Shown: positions 35,072 through 45,921 of the stretch, piece after piece
How the letters are laid out: every line of letters starts with the position of its first letter
Numbering within the stretch: the first letter of the stretch is position 1
NCBI GenBank assembly: GCA_963707025.1
Contig: CAVPOM010000014.1
Coordinates: forward strand, 261,424 to 325,423
Origin: an uncultured Verrucomicrobiae bacterium
GTDB lineage: Bacteria > Verrucomicrobiota > Verrucomicrobiia > Limisphaerales > Palsa-1400
Length of the DNA stretch: 64,000 nt
Direction of reading: 5' to 3'
Notes under the pieces: model-generated
Seen by the model: the letters and a program-made list of their open reading frames with translations, nothing else
What the model was told of the DNA's origin: nothing
Databases searched by the model: none
Program-made: the position numbers and the translations under genes

Positions 35072-35476
35072 TCATGGCTTTACGGAAACGGCCTCCCACT
35101 GCATGTTGTGTCGCTGGGCGTAGGCGGCCAGGACCTTTTCGTGCTCGGTGAGGACGGCGCGGACGACGGCGGAGTCGTTGGCAAAGCCGGGCTCGGGCAG
35201 AGCGTCGGGGATCATGCCAATCTGGCGGTCGGCATAGACCAGGGCAAAAGTGGCGGCGACCACGGTGGCATAAGGCAGATCCTCCTCCACCCCTTCGGCG
35301 AAGTCTTCGACCACATCGGCCAGGAATTCCAGTTGTTCGCTGAGGTGGGGAAAGGCGGGATCATCAAATTCGGTGAATTTGAGTTTGAGAAAGGGCAGGC
35401 GTTTGTGAACGCCCTTGAGGATTTGGGGCGTTATCAGTGCGGAGCCACGCTGAACAAACTTGGCGATCTCGGCCAT
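35072..35476 (-). CDS. YkvA/DUF1232-like protein
   Basis: FALVY...MIPDALPEPGFANDSAVV. Confidence 0.65.
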   Translation of the reverse strand: MAEIAKFVQRGSALITPQILKGVHKRLPFLKLKFTEFDDPAFPHLSEQLEFLADVVEDFAEGVEEDLPYATVVAATFALVYADRQIGMIPDALPEPGFANDSAVVRAVLTEHEKVLAAYAQRHNMQWEAVSVKP

Positions 35477-35555
35477 GGGTCGAGGATGGGCCAGGGCGCG
35501 GGGAAAGACAATACTGAATAGTTAATTTTGCGGGCGGAATGCTCAATTGTGAAAG

Positions 35556-37679
35556 CTAGACAATTTCCAGCGGGCATTTCGGGGCGGCGTCCAGAAAGGC
35601 CTGGCCATACCTTTTGGTCAGAACGCGGTTGTCCAGGACGGCGACGACGCCGGTGTCGGTTTTGGCCCGGATCAAACGGCCCACCCCCTGGCGGAATTTG
35701 AGGATGGCTTCGGGCAGGGAGAATTCCAGGAAGGAGTTGCCGCCGCGCGCTTCGATGGCTTCGATGCGGGCTTCGACCAGGGGATGGTCGGGCACGGCAA
35801 AAGGCAGGCGGGTGATGATGACGTTGGACAAGGCTTCGCCCGGCACATCCACCCCCTGCCAAAAGCTGTCCGCGCCAAACAGGACCGAATCAATGTTGGT
35901 CTTGAATTTTTCCAGCATGAGCGAGCGCGGGGTGCCGGTGCCCTGGACAAAGCATTGCAGGCCCAGCGTGTCAAAAAACGGTTCCATGCGCTGGCCCACT
36001 TCGAGCATGAGTTTGAAATTGGTGAAGAGCACGAAGGCCTTGCCGTGGGTCATGCGGACGAAGTGCTCGATCCAATGGATGAGGCTGACCTGATAGTCCG
36101 GGGCGCGCGGGTCGGGCATTTTTGCGGCGACGAAAATTTTCATCTGCCGCTCGTAATCGAAGGGCGAGCCGGCTTGCAACTGGCTGGCCGTTTCCGCGCC
36201 GACCTGGCTGGAAAAATAGGCCAGGGGAGACTGGGACGGGGATGGAACCTTGCTTGGGGAGGCGGCGGGGGCGGCGGACGGGATTTCCGCCGGCGGATTC
36301 TGCTGTTGACGGGTGGCCAGGGTGGCGCTGGTCATGATGACGGAGGTGTCGGCCCCGAAAAGGCGCGCGCGCAGGAAGTGGGCCACGTTGATGGGGGCGG
36401 CGTTGAGGGTGAGATTGCGCTGTCCTTTGCCGGCGCGCTCCACCCAATAGACGTGCTGCTCTGCGCTCTGGCTGAGGAACTGGGCCAGGCCGTCGCGCAA
36501 TTCGCCCAGGCGCCGGTTGGCCTCGGCCAATTCCCGGGCCGTGTCCTTGTCGCCCGCCAGCTTGACCAGCCCGGCGATCTCCTGGCGCAAATTTTGCATG
36601 GGGAGGGTGAGGTTGTCCGGAACGAGGTCGGGCTGGCGAATGCGCAGTTCGCTCCAGCCGCGCGCCGTGCCGCCTTCCCGGCTGCGCCCCGCGAAAATGC
36701 GGTCGCATTCCTGCTCGATGGCGGCGAAGAATTGTTCGCCTTCACGCAGGGCCTCCTCGACCAGGCCGGCGGCGCGGCCTTTGCGCAGAAGGCTCAAAAG
36801 GCCTTTGTTGGAGGCGGGATTCCAGAGGCGCTGCAGGCTGTACCGCAGTTGGGCGCTGGACAGGCTCAAGCCGATGTGGCGGGAGGCGACGCGCTCGACC
36901 GTGTGGGCTTCGTCAAATATAACAAAGTCGTTTTTGAAGAGCAGGCCGCCGGCCGCGTCCTCCCGGGCCAGGCCCAACTGCATGAAAAACAAGGTGTGGT
37001 TGAGCACCAGCACGTCGGCGGCCAGAACCCGGCTGCGCGCGCGTTGATAGAAACAGGCCTCGCCGCCATCCTTCACAAAATCGGATTGAAAGCCGCACAA
37101 TTTCGGGGAGCAGAGGCCGCGCTCGGAGCAGACCTGCTGCCAGACTTTGGCGTCCGGCTCCAGGTCGAAATCCGACAGGCTGCCGTCGCCGGTTTTTTTG
37201 GACCACTGGTGGATGCGTTGCAGCTCCTGTTCGTCGGAGGAGCTGAAGAGTTTGCCGGCCTGGGGCAGGGTGCGCGCCAGGCGGCGGGTGCAAAGATAAT
37301 TGTGGCGGCCCTTCAACATGGTGAAATCGAATTTCACGGGCATGATCCGCGCGAGCATGGGGAGGTCCTTTTCGATGAGTTGCTCCTGCAAGTTGATGGT
37401 GTTGGTGGAGATGATGGCTTTCTTGCGGGCGGCCACGGCGAACAAAATGGAGGGGATCAAATAGGCGAGGCTTTTGCCCACGCCGGTGCCCGCCTCGACC
37501 ACCAGATGCTGGCTGGCCTGCAAGGCCTGCGCCACGGCCACGGCCATGGTCTGTTGCTGCGGGCGGTATTCGAAATTCCTGGATTTGGAAAGCAGGCCGC
37601 CCGGCGCAAAAATGTGGGCGACCTGGGCCGCCAGCTCAGGGCCGTGGCGGGGCAGCGGGCTGTCAGGAACGCTGCTCAT
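35556..37679 (-). CDS. DinG/YoaA-family helicase
   Basis: YRPQQ, EAGTGVGKS, KGRHNYLC, DEAH, FWQGVDVPG, RLPF, QGVGRLIR. Confidence 0.93.
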   Translation of the reverse strand: MSSVPDSPLPRHGPELAAQVAHIFAPGGLLSKSRNFEYRPQQQTMAVAVAQALQASQHLVVEAGTGVGKSLAYLIPSILFAVAARKKAIISTNTINLQEQLIEKDLPMLARIMPVKFDFTMLKGRHNYLCTRRLARTLPQAGKLFSSSDEQELQRIHQWSKKTGDGSLSDFDLEPDAKVWQQVCSERGLCSPKLCGFQSDFVKDGGEACFYQRARSRVLAADVLVLNHTLFFMQLGLAREDAAGGLLFKNDFVIFDEAHTVERVASRHIGLSLSSAQLRYSLQRLWNPASNKGLLSLLRKGRAAGLVEEALREGEQFFAAIEQECDRIFAGRSREGGTARGWSELRIRQPDLVPDNLTLPMQNLRQEIAGLVKLAGDKDTARELAEANRRLGELRDGLAQFLSQSAEQHVYWVERAGKGQRNLTLNAAPINVAHFLRARLFGADTSVIMTSATLATRQQQNPPAEIPSAAPAASPSKVPSPSQSPLAYFSSQVGAETASQLQAGSPFDYERQMKIFVAAKMPDPRAPDYQVSLIHWIEHFVRMTHGKAFVLFTNFKLMLEVGQRMEPFFDTLGLQCFVQGTGTPRSLMLEKFKTNIDSVLFGADSFWQGVDVPGEALSNVIITRLPFAVPDHPLVEARIEAIEARGGNSFLEFSLPEAILKFRQGVGRLIRAKTDTGVVAVLDNRVLTKRYGQAFLDAAPKCPLEIV

Positions 37680-37689
37680 GGGGCCAGGC

Positions 37690-38376
37690 TCACAATCCCC
37701 GCGCGCGCCTGACCACCACTTCCTGCGCGGCGCGATTTTTCACGATCATGTTGTCCGGGAGAATGCCGCGCCAGACCAGGCTGGGGTAGATGACCGAAGC
37801 CCGTCCGATGATGCTGCCCGGACTGAGGACGGTGTTGCAGCCGATTTCAGAGCGGTCGCCGAGGAGGGCGCCGAATTTGCGCAAGCCGGTGTCGAAGGGG
37901 GCGCCGTCCAGGTCCACGGTGATGTTTTCGGGGAGGAATTTCAAATTGGAAAGGATGACGCCGGCGCCCAGATGGGCTTTGTGGCCGAGGATGGAGTCGC
38001 CCACGTAATTGAAATGGGGAGCCTGGGCGTTGTTGAAAAAGAGCGAGTTTTTCACCTCGGTGGAATTGCCCACCACGCAGTTGTCCCCGAGGATGACATG
38101 CTCGCGCAGATAGGCGTTGTGGCGGATCTGGCAATTCTTCCCGATGATGGCCGGCCCTTTGATCATGGCGCCGTCCTCGACCACGGTGCCGGGGCCGATG
38201 AAGACTTTTTCGCCGATGAAAGCGCGGCCTTCGCAGCGGTTATGGAGGGCGGGGCGGACGCGGGACTCCAGGAAGGCGGCAATTTTGGGCAGGGCCTCCC
38301 AGGCATACTTGCAGCCGGAAAAGATTTCGGCGTGCTCCGTCTGGCTCAAATCAAACAAATCGCTGGCGTTGAACAT
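37690..38376 (-). CDS. hexapeptide-repeat acyltransferase (GlmU C-terminal-like)
   Basis: IKGPAIIGKNC, APHFNYVGDSILG, TGLRKFGALLGD. Confidence 0.85.
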   Translation of the reverse strand: MFNASDLFDLSQTEHAEIFSGCKYAWEALPKIAAFLESRVRPALHNRCEGRAFIGEKVFIGPGTVVEDGAMIKGPAIIGKNCQIRHNAYLREHVILGDNCVVGNSTEVKNSLFFNNAQAPHFNYVGDSILGHKAHLGAGVILSNLKFLPENITVDLDGAPFDTGLRKFGALLGDRSEIGCNTVLSPGSIIGRASVIYPSLVWRGILPDNMIVKNRAAQEVVVRRARGL

Positions 38377-38499
38377 GAGGAAAGCAGGGTACGCCAAAGG
38401 GGCGTGACCGCAATCTCAAAGGCGGCTGGCGAGCAACCTTTCCACCAGAGGTTTACATCCCTCCAAGAATTTTCCGTGTTAACTGACCTTGACGGCTGC

Positions 38500-39975
38500 T
38501 TAATTGCGGGTGACCGGCGAATCAATAATTTTTTGCATCTCAGCCTTTAGCCGCGCAACCGTGTCCGGTTGTTCCAGGAAGAGATTGTGTTTTTCAGCAG
38601 GATCGTCGTGCAGATTGAAAAGTTGGCCGTTGGGATCGCCCGGTTTCGGTTCGATTCTGCTGGGGCGGGTGAAACCTCCTGAGCCGAGGGCGTTGATAAA
38701 GACCCAAGGGCCGTCACGGACCATCATGGCACCGGTTTGGGTGGACTTGATCACAATGGGGCCGCGGATGGGTTGCTTTTCCGGCTGGCGTCCTTCCAGA
38801 ACGGGTAGGAAACTGAAGCTGTCTGGCCCGGCCTGACCCTCAAGTTTTACGCCACAAATGTCGGCAAAGGTGCCAAGCAGATCGGTGAAACAAATCGTCT
38901 GATCAGTCAGCGTCGCGGCTGGCACGCGCCCCGGCCAGCGCACAATGAACGGCATGCGATGGCCCGCCTCCCACAAATCCGCTTTCATGCCACGCCATCC
39001 ACCCTCCGCGTCGTGGCCGAATTTGACGATATCATTCGGATACCAGACAGGGCCGTTGTCCGACGTGAAAATCAGCAACGTGTTCCTAACCATACCGGCC
39101 TGATCCAAGGCGGCCAGCACGCGGCCAATCGCCGTATCCACCATCATCACAAAATCACCATACATTCCTGCGCCGCTTTTGCCGACAAACTCCGCCGATG
39201 GCATCCAAGGGGTGTGCGGGGCGGTCAGAGCGAGGTAGAGAAAAAGCGGCTGTGTTTTGCCCTGGTGGGAGTGAATGATGTTGATCGCCTCATCCGTAAT
39301 CCGCGGGAGCACCTCGGAATGGACGAAGTCGGGTGCAATGTTCCCGCCGCCCAGAAAGGCTCCCTGGATTGACGACCACCCCTGGGAATGTCGCTCCGCG
39401 ATATGGTTGGTGGGTTCCATGACCGCACGATCGCCGCGAATCCAAAGATAGGGTGGAATATCGGCGGAAGCGCGAAGGCCAAAAAATGCATCAAATCCAT
39501 GGTCCATGGGGCCGCCGCGGAGCGGCTTGTCGTACCCCTTTTCCTCGAAGCCCAAATGCCATTTGCCGACCATCGCAGTCTGGTAGCCTTGGGATTCCAG
39601 CAGGGTTGCGACGGTGGTTTCGCCCTCGCGAATGAGCGGCTGGATGGGCCACTTGGAAACATCCGTGCGGAATGGATAACGTCCCGTAATCAGCCCATAG
39701 CGCGAAGGATGGCACAAGGCCCCCGGCGCATGCGCATCGGTGAACCTCATGCCTTCGCGCGCCAAGGAATCAATGTGTGGCGTGTCTATTTTGGAATGGG
39801 GATTGAAACAGCCGGGGTCACCATAACCCATGTCGTCGGCGAGAATGATGACGATATTGGGTTTGGCTTCGGTGCCGTCGCCAGCATGCAGTCTTGCCGC
39901 CGCCAGCACCAGAAGAGCGAGGGTGTTGGCAACGCGAGATTTTAAGGGGCTGTAGCAGAATCTGGTGGTGTCCAT
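38500..39975 (-). CDS. arylsulfatase
   Basis: PNIVIILADDMGYGD, CHPSRYGLITGRY, GKWHLG, SDNG; start approximate. Confidence 0.93.
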   Translation of the reverse strand: MDTTRFCYSPLKSRVANTLALLVLAAARLHAGDGTEAKPNIVIILADDMGYGDPGCFNPHSKIDTPHIDSLAREGMRFTDAHAPGALCHPSRYGLITGRYPFRTDVSKWPIQPLIREGETTVATLLESQGYQTAMVGKWHLGFEEKGYDKPLRGGPMDHGFDAFFGLRASADIPPYLWIRGDRAVMEPTNHIAERHSQGWSSIQGAFLGGGNIAPDFVHSEVLPRITDEAINIIHSHQGKTQPLFLYLALTAPHTPWMPSAEFVGKSGAGMYGDFVMMVDTAIGRVLAALDQAGMVRNTLLIFTSDNGPVWYPNDIVKFGHDAEGGWRGMKADLWEAGHRMPFIVRWPGRVPAATLTDQTICFTDLLGTFADICGVKLEGQAGPDSFSFLPVLEGRQPEKQPIRGPIVIKSTQTGAMMVRDGPWVFINALGSGGFTRPSRIEPKPGDPNGQLFNLHDDPAEKHNLFLEQPDTVARLKAEMQKIIDSPVTRN

Positions 39976-40080
39976 GGACATTAAACTGTGGGTGATTGTA
40001 AGGTCTTGCGAGACTGCCGCAAGTGTATTCGCGACTGGTGTATTCACGAGCAACCGGTCAGAATTGGGCCTTAGTGGAAA

Positions 40081-40178
40081 GGTAGGGCGGGCAGTCCCCT
40101 GCCCGCCGAGAAAAGGTGGCGCGATTTTGTCTGCGTTGCCGTTGCCAGACGGCGGGCAGAGGACTGCCCGCCCTGCCA
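40081..40178. repeat. REP-like inverted pair (GGTAGGGCGGGCAGTCCCCTGCCCGCCG)
   Basis: imperfect inverted copy ending at ~40178. Confidence 0.7.
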
Positions 40179-40213
40179 TGCGAGACTGAAACTTTGCTTC
40201 GCAGAATGTTTGA

Positions 40214-41389
40214 CTAATCCTGCTTGGCCGGCACACCGAGCGCGCTGCGCAACTCCGTCGCCATCCATCGCAATTCGGCGGCATCGCGGCCAAGCAACAG
40301 ACCAACCTTTTTGCCGGTGACCGGATCAATCTGCAACTCGGGAACGGGCCGATGGTTCACCTCGACCCTGCTGGCGCCGGCGCGAATCGCCGCGATGTCC
40401 GCCCGCCGGAACTCGCGGCGCTTGACGCCAAACAGCCCGCTCTGCACCACGGTCAGGCCGCTCTTCCCCGCTGTCAAAGTCGCCCGCCGTCGGCCCAAGT
40501 TGACCGCCACCGCCATCAGGCCCAAACCCACGGCCCAGAAGCCGGCAAGGAAAAGCAAAAGCGGCCAGAAGTCCTTCGCCGGGTGGTCCTGCTTTCCGAA
40601 GACCATGCCGGCTGTGAACACCACCATGAAGAGGCACCAGAGGATCGCGAAGAAGAAAAGCCCGAAGCTCCCTTTGCGCAAACCGGCTGGCGGCACCTCC
40701 AGGACAATGCTCGCGCTCTGTCGTTGAATGACAACCTTGCTCTCCGCCGGCTTTTCCAGAACATCCTGGAACTGCGGCGGATTTTCCCGGGCATCGGTCA
40801 CTTCGATCTGCGGCGGGGCCGACTGCGAACTGCCGGCGCGGGCCGACAAATCGGTCGCGATGGCTTCCAGCCACTCCCGCGGATAACCCACCGCCACGAT
40901 GCGCGGTTTGCCCTTCTCAAATTCCACCATCAGCATCGCCAGCGCGGCCAGCGGTCCGGCGGTCGCTTGCTGTCCGTTGCTTGATATGCCGACCTTGACC
41001 TCGAATTTGCGGATGGCGGCGCGAGGCATTCGCCGCGGCCAGCCGAATGGACCCACCGAATCCGATACTTTCAGCCGCCCGTCACGCCACATCACCCGGC
41101 AGCGTCCAAACATGAGCAGAAGCCCAAAACCGGCTGGAAAGCAGCCGACCGCAACAAACGCAAGAAGAAACACCATCATGAAAAGTTCGAAACCGGACGG
41201 CCCGCTTTTGGAGAATTGGCGGATCTCGCTCAGAAACGGGTTACCCACTCCCGAGAGCCAAACCACACTGAACCCGACCAGAAACAATCCAAGCCACCGA
41301 ATCTTCCCCAAAGGCCGCACGGGCAGCCAATAGGTGACTTCGTTCCCGGCGGTTTCGACGCGAATTTCCGGTATGGCGGGCAAGTCCAT
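40214..41389 (-). CDS. hypothetical membrane protein with two TM-pair/PH-like repeats
   Basis: start at MDLPAIPE; upstream part of the track ORF is antisense to the TolB-like gene. Confidence 0.7.
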   Translation of the reverse strand: MDLPAIPEIRVETAGNEVTYWLPVRPLGKIRWLGLFLVGFSVVWLSGVGNPFLSEIRQFSKSGPSGFELFMMVFLLAFVAVGCFPAGFGLLLMFGRCRVMWRDGRLKVSDSVGPFGWPRRMPRAAIRKFEVKVGISSNGQQATAGPLAALAMLMVEFEKGKPRIVAVGYPREWLEAIATDLSARAGSSQSAPPQIEVTDARENPPQFQDVLEKPAESKVVIQRQSASIVLEVPPAGLRKGSFGLFFFAILWCLFMVVFTAGMVFGKQDHPAKDFWPLLLFLAGFWAVGLGLMAVAVNLGRRRATLTAGKSGLTVVQSGLFGVKRREFRRADIAAIRAGASRVEVNHRPVPELQIDPVTGKKVGLLLGRDAAELRWMATELRSALGVPAKQD

Positions 41390-41680
41390 AGTCACATCAT
41401 GAGAAAGCGGCTTGGCGCGTCCAAGAATGCCGCCGCCCGCCAAGGCTGTCAAGTTTTCAACCACGGAGAATGGGAGCGAGGCGCACCAATTCTTCAAGGG
41501 TAGGGGCGTCGCGCTGCGACGCCCGGGATCCCGATTCCGAATCGGGACGCCGTCTACCAGGGGAAATGAAGCAGCTTGCGCGGCACAGATGGGAACGCCG
41601 TTTCGCGGAGTTTGCTTTACTTGGAAACTGTCGAACGGTAGAAGTTCAAGAAGCACCATCCAACCGACGGACAAAAAGTT

Positions 41681-43210
41681 ATGACGAACAGACGCTTCAC
41701 CACTTTGGCCGGCGCAATTCTTCTCGCCGGGACAACCTTTTCCCACGGGCAATCCACCGAGCTTGGACAATTTGCCGGGCACGGCGAGGTCGGCAAACCG
41801 GCCAAGGCGGGGTCGGTGCAATACGACGCGGCACGCGGCGCTTACGTCGTGGCGGGCGGCGGGGAGAACATGTGGGCCACCAACGATGCCTTTTATTATG
41901 TGTGGAAGGAGGCGACGGGCGACGTTGCCCTTGCGGCCGATATCCGCTGGGTCAGCACCAACGGCAATCCCAACGTTCACCGCAAAGCCTGCCTGATCAT
42001 CCGCCAGTCGCTGGATTCGGACTCGCCTTACGTGGACGCGGTGGTGCATGGCAACGGATTGACTTCGCTGCAATGCCGGGAAAGCAAGGGCGGCGCGACC
42101 ACGGAGATTGAAGCCAATTTTGGAATCACCGCCGCGCCGGCCCGGATTCAAATCGAGAAGCGCGGAGACTATGCCATCATGTCCGTTGCGGCGGAGGGCA
42201 AAGCGTTGCAGCCGTCGGGCGGTTCCTTCCGTTGCGAGTTCAAGGAGCCGTTTTACATTGGCCTGGCGGTCTGCGCGCACAACGACAACGCGACGGAAAC
42301 GGCGGAGTTCACAAAAGTCGAATTCGGCGCGCCGCCCGCTTCGGCCCGCCCATCGGCGGTGGGAGTGCGGAGCGCGCTGGAGGTGGTGCCGGTTCCGCCT
42401 TCGGATCGGAAGGTGGCTTATTTCACGAGCGAGCACATCGAAGCGCCCAACTGGTCGCCCGACGGCAAATTTTTCATCTTCAACAAGAACAACCGGCTTT
42501 ACAAAATGGCGACCAACGGAGAACCGGAACAGGTGGAGACCGGGGCCTGTAATCACATAAACAATGACCATGGCATTTCTCCGGATGGCACCATGCTGGC
42601 GATCAGCGACGGGACCAAGCCGGGCGGGTCGCGCATTTATGTGTTGCCCATCGGCGGGGGCGCGCCGCGGCTGGTCACTTCCAACGCGCCCTCCTATTTT
42701 CACGGCTGGTCGCCGGATGGCAAGACCCTGACTTTTTGCGGACAGCGCACTTTTGAAGTGGATGGCAGGCGCGCCGACAATTTTGACATCTACACCATTC
42801 CGGTCGAAGGCGGCCAGGAGAGGCGGTTGACGACCGATCCGGGGAAAGACGACGGCCCCGATTATTCCAGGGACGGACAATATATTTACTTCAACTCCGA
42901 CCGCACCGGCCACATGCAGGTGTGGCGCATGAACGCGGATGGATCCAATCAGGAACAAATCACGCATGACGAAACGGGGGACGTGTTCCCCCACCCTTCG
43001 CCCGACGGACGCTGGATCGTTTTTCTGAGCTATCCGCCCGGAGCACAGGATCATCCAGCCAACAAGGATGTGATCCTGCGGCTGATGCCCGCGGCAGGCG
43101 GAGCCATCCGGGATCTGGGGAAAATGTTCGGCGGCCAGGGCACGATCAATGTTTCCTCGTGGGCGCCAAACAGCCGGGCGGTGGCTTATGTCAGCTATTT
43201 GCCTTTTTAG
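41681..43210 (+). CDS. secreted TolB-like (PD40 beta-propeller) protein
   Basis: signal peptide; repeated WSPDG/SPDG units. Confidence 0.85.
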   Translation: MTNRRFTTLAGAILLAGTTFSHGQSTELGQFAGHGEVGKPAKAGSVQYDAARGAYVVAGGGENMWATNDAFYYVWKEATGDVALAADIRWVSTNGNPNVHRKACLIIRQSLDSDSPYVDAVVHGNGLTSLQCRESKGGATTEIEANFGITAAPARIQIEKRGDYAIMSVAAEGKALQPSGGSFRCEFKEPFYIGLAVCAHNDNATETAEFTKVEFGAPPASARPSAVGVRSALEVVPVPPSDRKVAYFTSEHIEAPNWSPDGKFFIFNKNNRLYKMATNGEPEQVETGACNHINNDHGISPDGTMLAISDGTKPGGSRIYVLPIGGGAPRLVTSNAPSYFHGWSPDGKTLTFCGQRTFEVDGRRADNFDIYTIPVEGGQERRLTTDPGKDDGPDYSRDGQYIYFNSDRTGHMQVWRMNADGSNQEQITHDETGDVFPHPSPDGRWIVFLSYPPGAQDHPANKDVILRLMPAAGGAIRDLGKMFGGQGTINVSSWAPNSRAVAYVSYLPF

Positions 43211-43255
43211 CAGTTCCTTAAAATGGTAGGGTGAGACTCTGTCGAACCGTGACTA

Positions 43256-44259
43256 GAGCATTTCCATAAATGATATAGCTTGACTGGGGCGAGAGGGCTG
43301 GCAGGCTTGAGCCATGCGAGCGATACCCGTGTCTGCGCGCGAGCGCATCCTGCAACTCTATGAACAAGGCAAAAGCACCCGCGAGATCGCGGACTTTTTC
43401 GGCTTTTGCGTGGCGGCGGTGCGCCGGGTCCGGCAGCAGTTCCAAGAGCGCGGCACGCTCCAGCCGCAAACCCATTTGTGCGGGCGCAAAACGCTGCTGA
43501 ACGCCGGACGCCAGGCTCGCCTGCAAAAGCTGGTGGCGGCCCAGCCCGACGCGACGTTGGCCGAGTTGGGGGCGCGTCTGGACCGCCCTTTCGGGACCTC
43601 CACTGTGGATTTGTGGCTGCGCAAACTGGGGTTGAGCTATAAAAAAAACGCTCTGCGCCGCCGAGCAGAACCGTCCGGACGTGGCCGAAAAGCGGGCCCA
43701 TTGGCATGAGCGTCTGGCAAGTGACCCACCTGCCCGACTGGTCTTCGTGGATGAAAGCGGGGCCAACACCAAGATGACCCGTTTTTGCGGGCGGTCACCC
43801 GTGGGCCGAAGACTGGCGGCCCACGTCCCGCAGGGACATTATCAGACCACCACCCTGGTCTGCGCCATTCGTCTGGCCGGGCCTGCGGCCCCCTGCCTCT
43901 TTGAGGGGGCCATGGACGGGGAAATGTTTTTGGCCTGGATCCAGCAGGGGCTGGTGGTGGAGTTGCGCAAGGGTAACTTGGTCATCATGGACAACTTGGC
44001 CACGCATAAGGTGACCGGAGTCCGCCAAGCCATCGAAGAGGCCGGGGCAACGCTGCTGTATCTGCCGCCCTATTCGCCAGACTTTAATCCCATCGAAAAT
44101 ATGTGGAGCAAGGTCAAACAAATTATGCGAGGTCTCGCGCCGCGAACCGCCAAGGAACTGCTCCAAGCGGCGAAGATTGCCTTTGAAGCCATCTCCACCG
44201 CCGATTGCCGGGGCTTCTTTTTAAACGCCCGCTACGCTACATGATTTATGGAAATGCTC
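43256..44259 (+). mobile_element. IS630-family insertion sequence, 1004 bp
   Basis: TIR GAGCATTTCCATAAAT(G/C)AT(A/G)TAGC; TA duplication at 43254-55 and 44260-61. Confidence 0.93.
43314..44244 (+). CDS. IS630 transposase in two ORFs joined at an A8 run (43641-43648)
   Basis: HTH orfA ending YKK; orfB VFVDESG, IMDNLATHK, YLPPYSPDFNPIE. Confidence 0.92.
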
Positions 44260-44322
44260 TAGATCCAACGAAATCGAGTGACGGCTCAACGGAGTCTTGC
44301 CCTACCGTTTTAAAATCACCGC

Positions 44323-45288
44323 TTACCCCAAGCGGTCGCCGGGGCGCATGGGATGGCCGGCGAGGAATTGGGCGGCGGGCAAACGGCGGGCGCCTTCTAG
44401 TTGGAGTTCGTGAATGCGCAAGGCGCCGCCGCCGCAAACCACGACGATTCCCGACTTGTCCGCCTGCACCACCGCGCCGGGCGCGCCGACTATGCCGGGC
44501 GCGGTGACAGGAGCTTGCTCCACCGAGGCGCGCCAGATTTTTATCGTCCGCGGTTTCGCTGCGCCCGGCAAAGAGGTGAACGCGCCGGGCCACGGAGTGA
44601 AGGCGCGGACGCGATTCCAGAGGGAGCGGGCGGGCTGGGACCAATCGAGGCGGCCGTCTTCCTTGGTGATTTTGCGGGCGTAAGACGCCTCCGCTTCGAT
44701 TTGCGGCCGGGCGATGATATTATTGTTGACAACGTTGTCCAGCGTCCCAAGCAGCAATTCCGCGCCCAGCCGCGCCAGGCGCTCGTGCAACGTGGCGGCG
44801 GTGTCGTCGGGAGCGATCGCGCTGGCGCGCTGGGCGAGGATGCCGCCGGTGTCGAGTTTTTCGGCCATGCGCAGGATGGTGACGCCGGTTGCGGCTTCGC
44901 CGTTGAGAATGGCCCATTGGATGGGGGCGGCGCCGCGGTATTTGGGGAGCAAGGAAGCATGGAGGTTGAAGCAGCCCAGCGGGGGAAGGGCCAGGATGGC
45001 GGGCGGCAACAATTGTCCGTAGGCGACGACGACGATCAGGCCGGGGTTGAGGCGGCGAAGTTCCTGCACAAAGGCGGGGTCGCGCGCGCGCTCCGGTTGC
45101 AGGACGGGCAGGCCGAGGCGGAGGGCCTCCGCCTTGACGGGGGAGGGCTGCAATTTCAAGGCGCGGCCTTTGGGGCGGTCGGGTTGGGTGACCACGGCCA
45201 GGAGCTGGAACTGCGGGGCCGCCGCCAGCGCCTGGAGGCTGGCACAAGCCAGTTCGGCCGTTCCCATGAAGACCAGGCTGCTCGTCAT
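44323..45288 (-). CDS. fmt: methionyl-tRNA formyltransferase
   Basis: VFMGT, VTQPDRPKGR, NLHASLLPKYRGAAPIQ. Confidence 0.95.
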   Translation of the reverse strand: MTSSLVFMGTAELACASLQALAAAPQFQLLAVVTQPDRPKGRALKLQPSPVKAEALRLGLPVLQPERARDPAFVQELRRLNPGLIVVVAYGQLLPPAILALPPLGCFNLHASLLPKYRGAAPIQWAILNGEAATGVTILRMAEKLDTGGILAQRASAIAPDDTAATLHERLARLGAELLLGTLDNVVNNNIIARPQIEAEASYARKITKEDGRLDWSQPARSLWNRVRAFTPWPGAFTSLPGAAKPRTIKIWRASVEQAPVTAPGIVGAPGAVVQADKSGIVVVCGGGALRIHELQLEGARRLPAAQFLAGHPMRPGDRLG

Positions 45289-45872
45289 CCCAACCGCTCC
45301 TCCACCACTTGCAGCATATCGCGCAAGACTTTGATGGGAGTTTGCGCCGAGTCTATGATGGAGCACAGGGCCGGCCCGTAAAAGTCCAGCACCGGCTTGC
45401 TCTCGGCTTCAAAAACCTGGAGGCGCTTGCGGATGATGGCGGGGTTGGCGTCGTCCAGACGGTTTTCCCGCAGGGCGCGGCGTTCGAGGCGCAGGACCAT
45501 TCTGTTCATGTCGGCACAACTGAAGTAAAGAACCAGCCGCACTTCCAAGCCCTCGCTCAGCATCCGCGCCTGGTTGGTGTTGCGCGGAATCCCGTCCAGG
45601 AGGAGGGTGTCGTTGGCGGGGTCGAAGGCGCCGTCGCGCGTGGCGGCTTCGATATGCTGGCGCCACAAGCGGATGGTCGGCTCGTCGGGCACCAATTCGC
45701 CCCGGCTGGAGTAGTCGAGAAAAATGCGGCCCAGTTCGCTTTCGGGAGTCAAATGGCGGAAGATGTCGCCGCAGGCGAAGTAATAGAAGTTGGGGATGGC
45801 GCCCAGGATTCTGCCCTGGGTGCCCTTGCCCGCGCCGGGCGCGCCGAATAACAGGATGGTGCGGTATTTCAT
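45285..45872 (-). CDS. adk: adenylate kinase family protein (short LID)
   Basis: GAPGAGKGTQ, GELVPDE, LDGIPR, RLDD. Confidence 0.8.
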   Translation of the reverse strand: MKYRTILLFGAPGAGKGTQGRILGAIPNFYYFACGDIFRHLTPESELGRIFLDYSSRGELVPDEPTIRLWRQHIEAATRDGAFDPANDTLLLDGIPRNTNQARMLSEGLEVRLVLYFSCADMNRMVLRLERRALRENRLDDANPAIIRKRLQVFEAESKPVLDFYGPALCSIIDSAQTPIKVLRDMLQVVEERLG

Positions 45873-45921
45873 AATGTTTTTCTGGCGGCCGCGCCAGGGA
45901 TGGCCGGCGGCAAGGATGGAT

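Noticed and set aside
41390..43054. N-terminal 555 aa of the 946-aa ORF
   Set aside because: Antisense to the TolB-like gene and crosses a REP-like repeat
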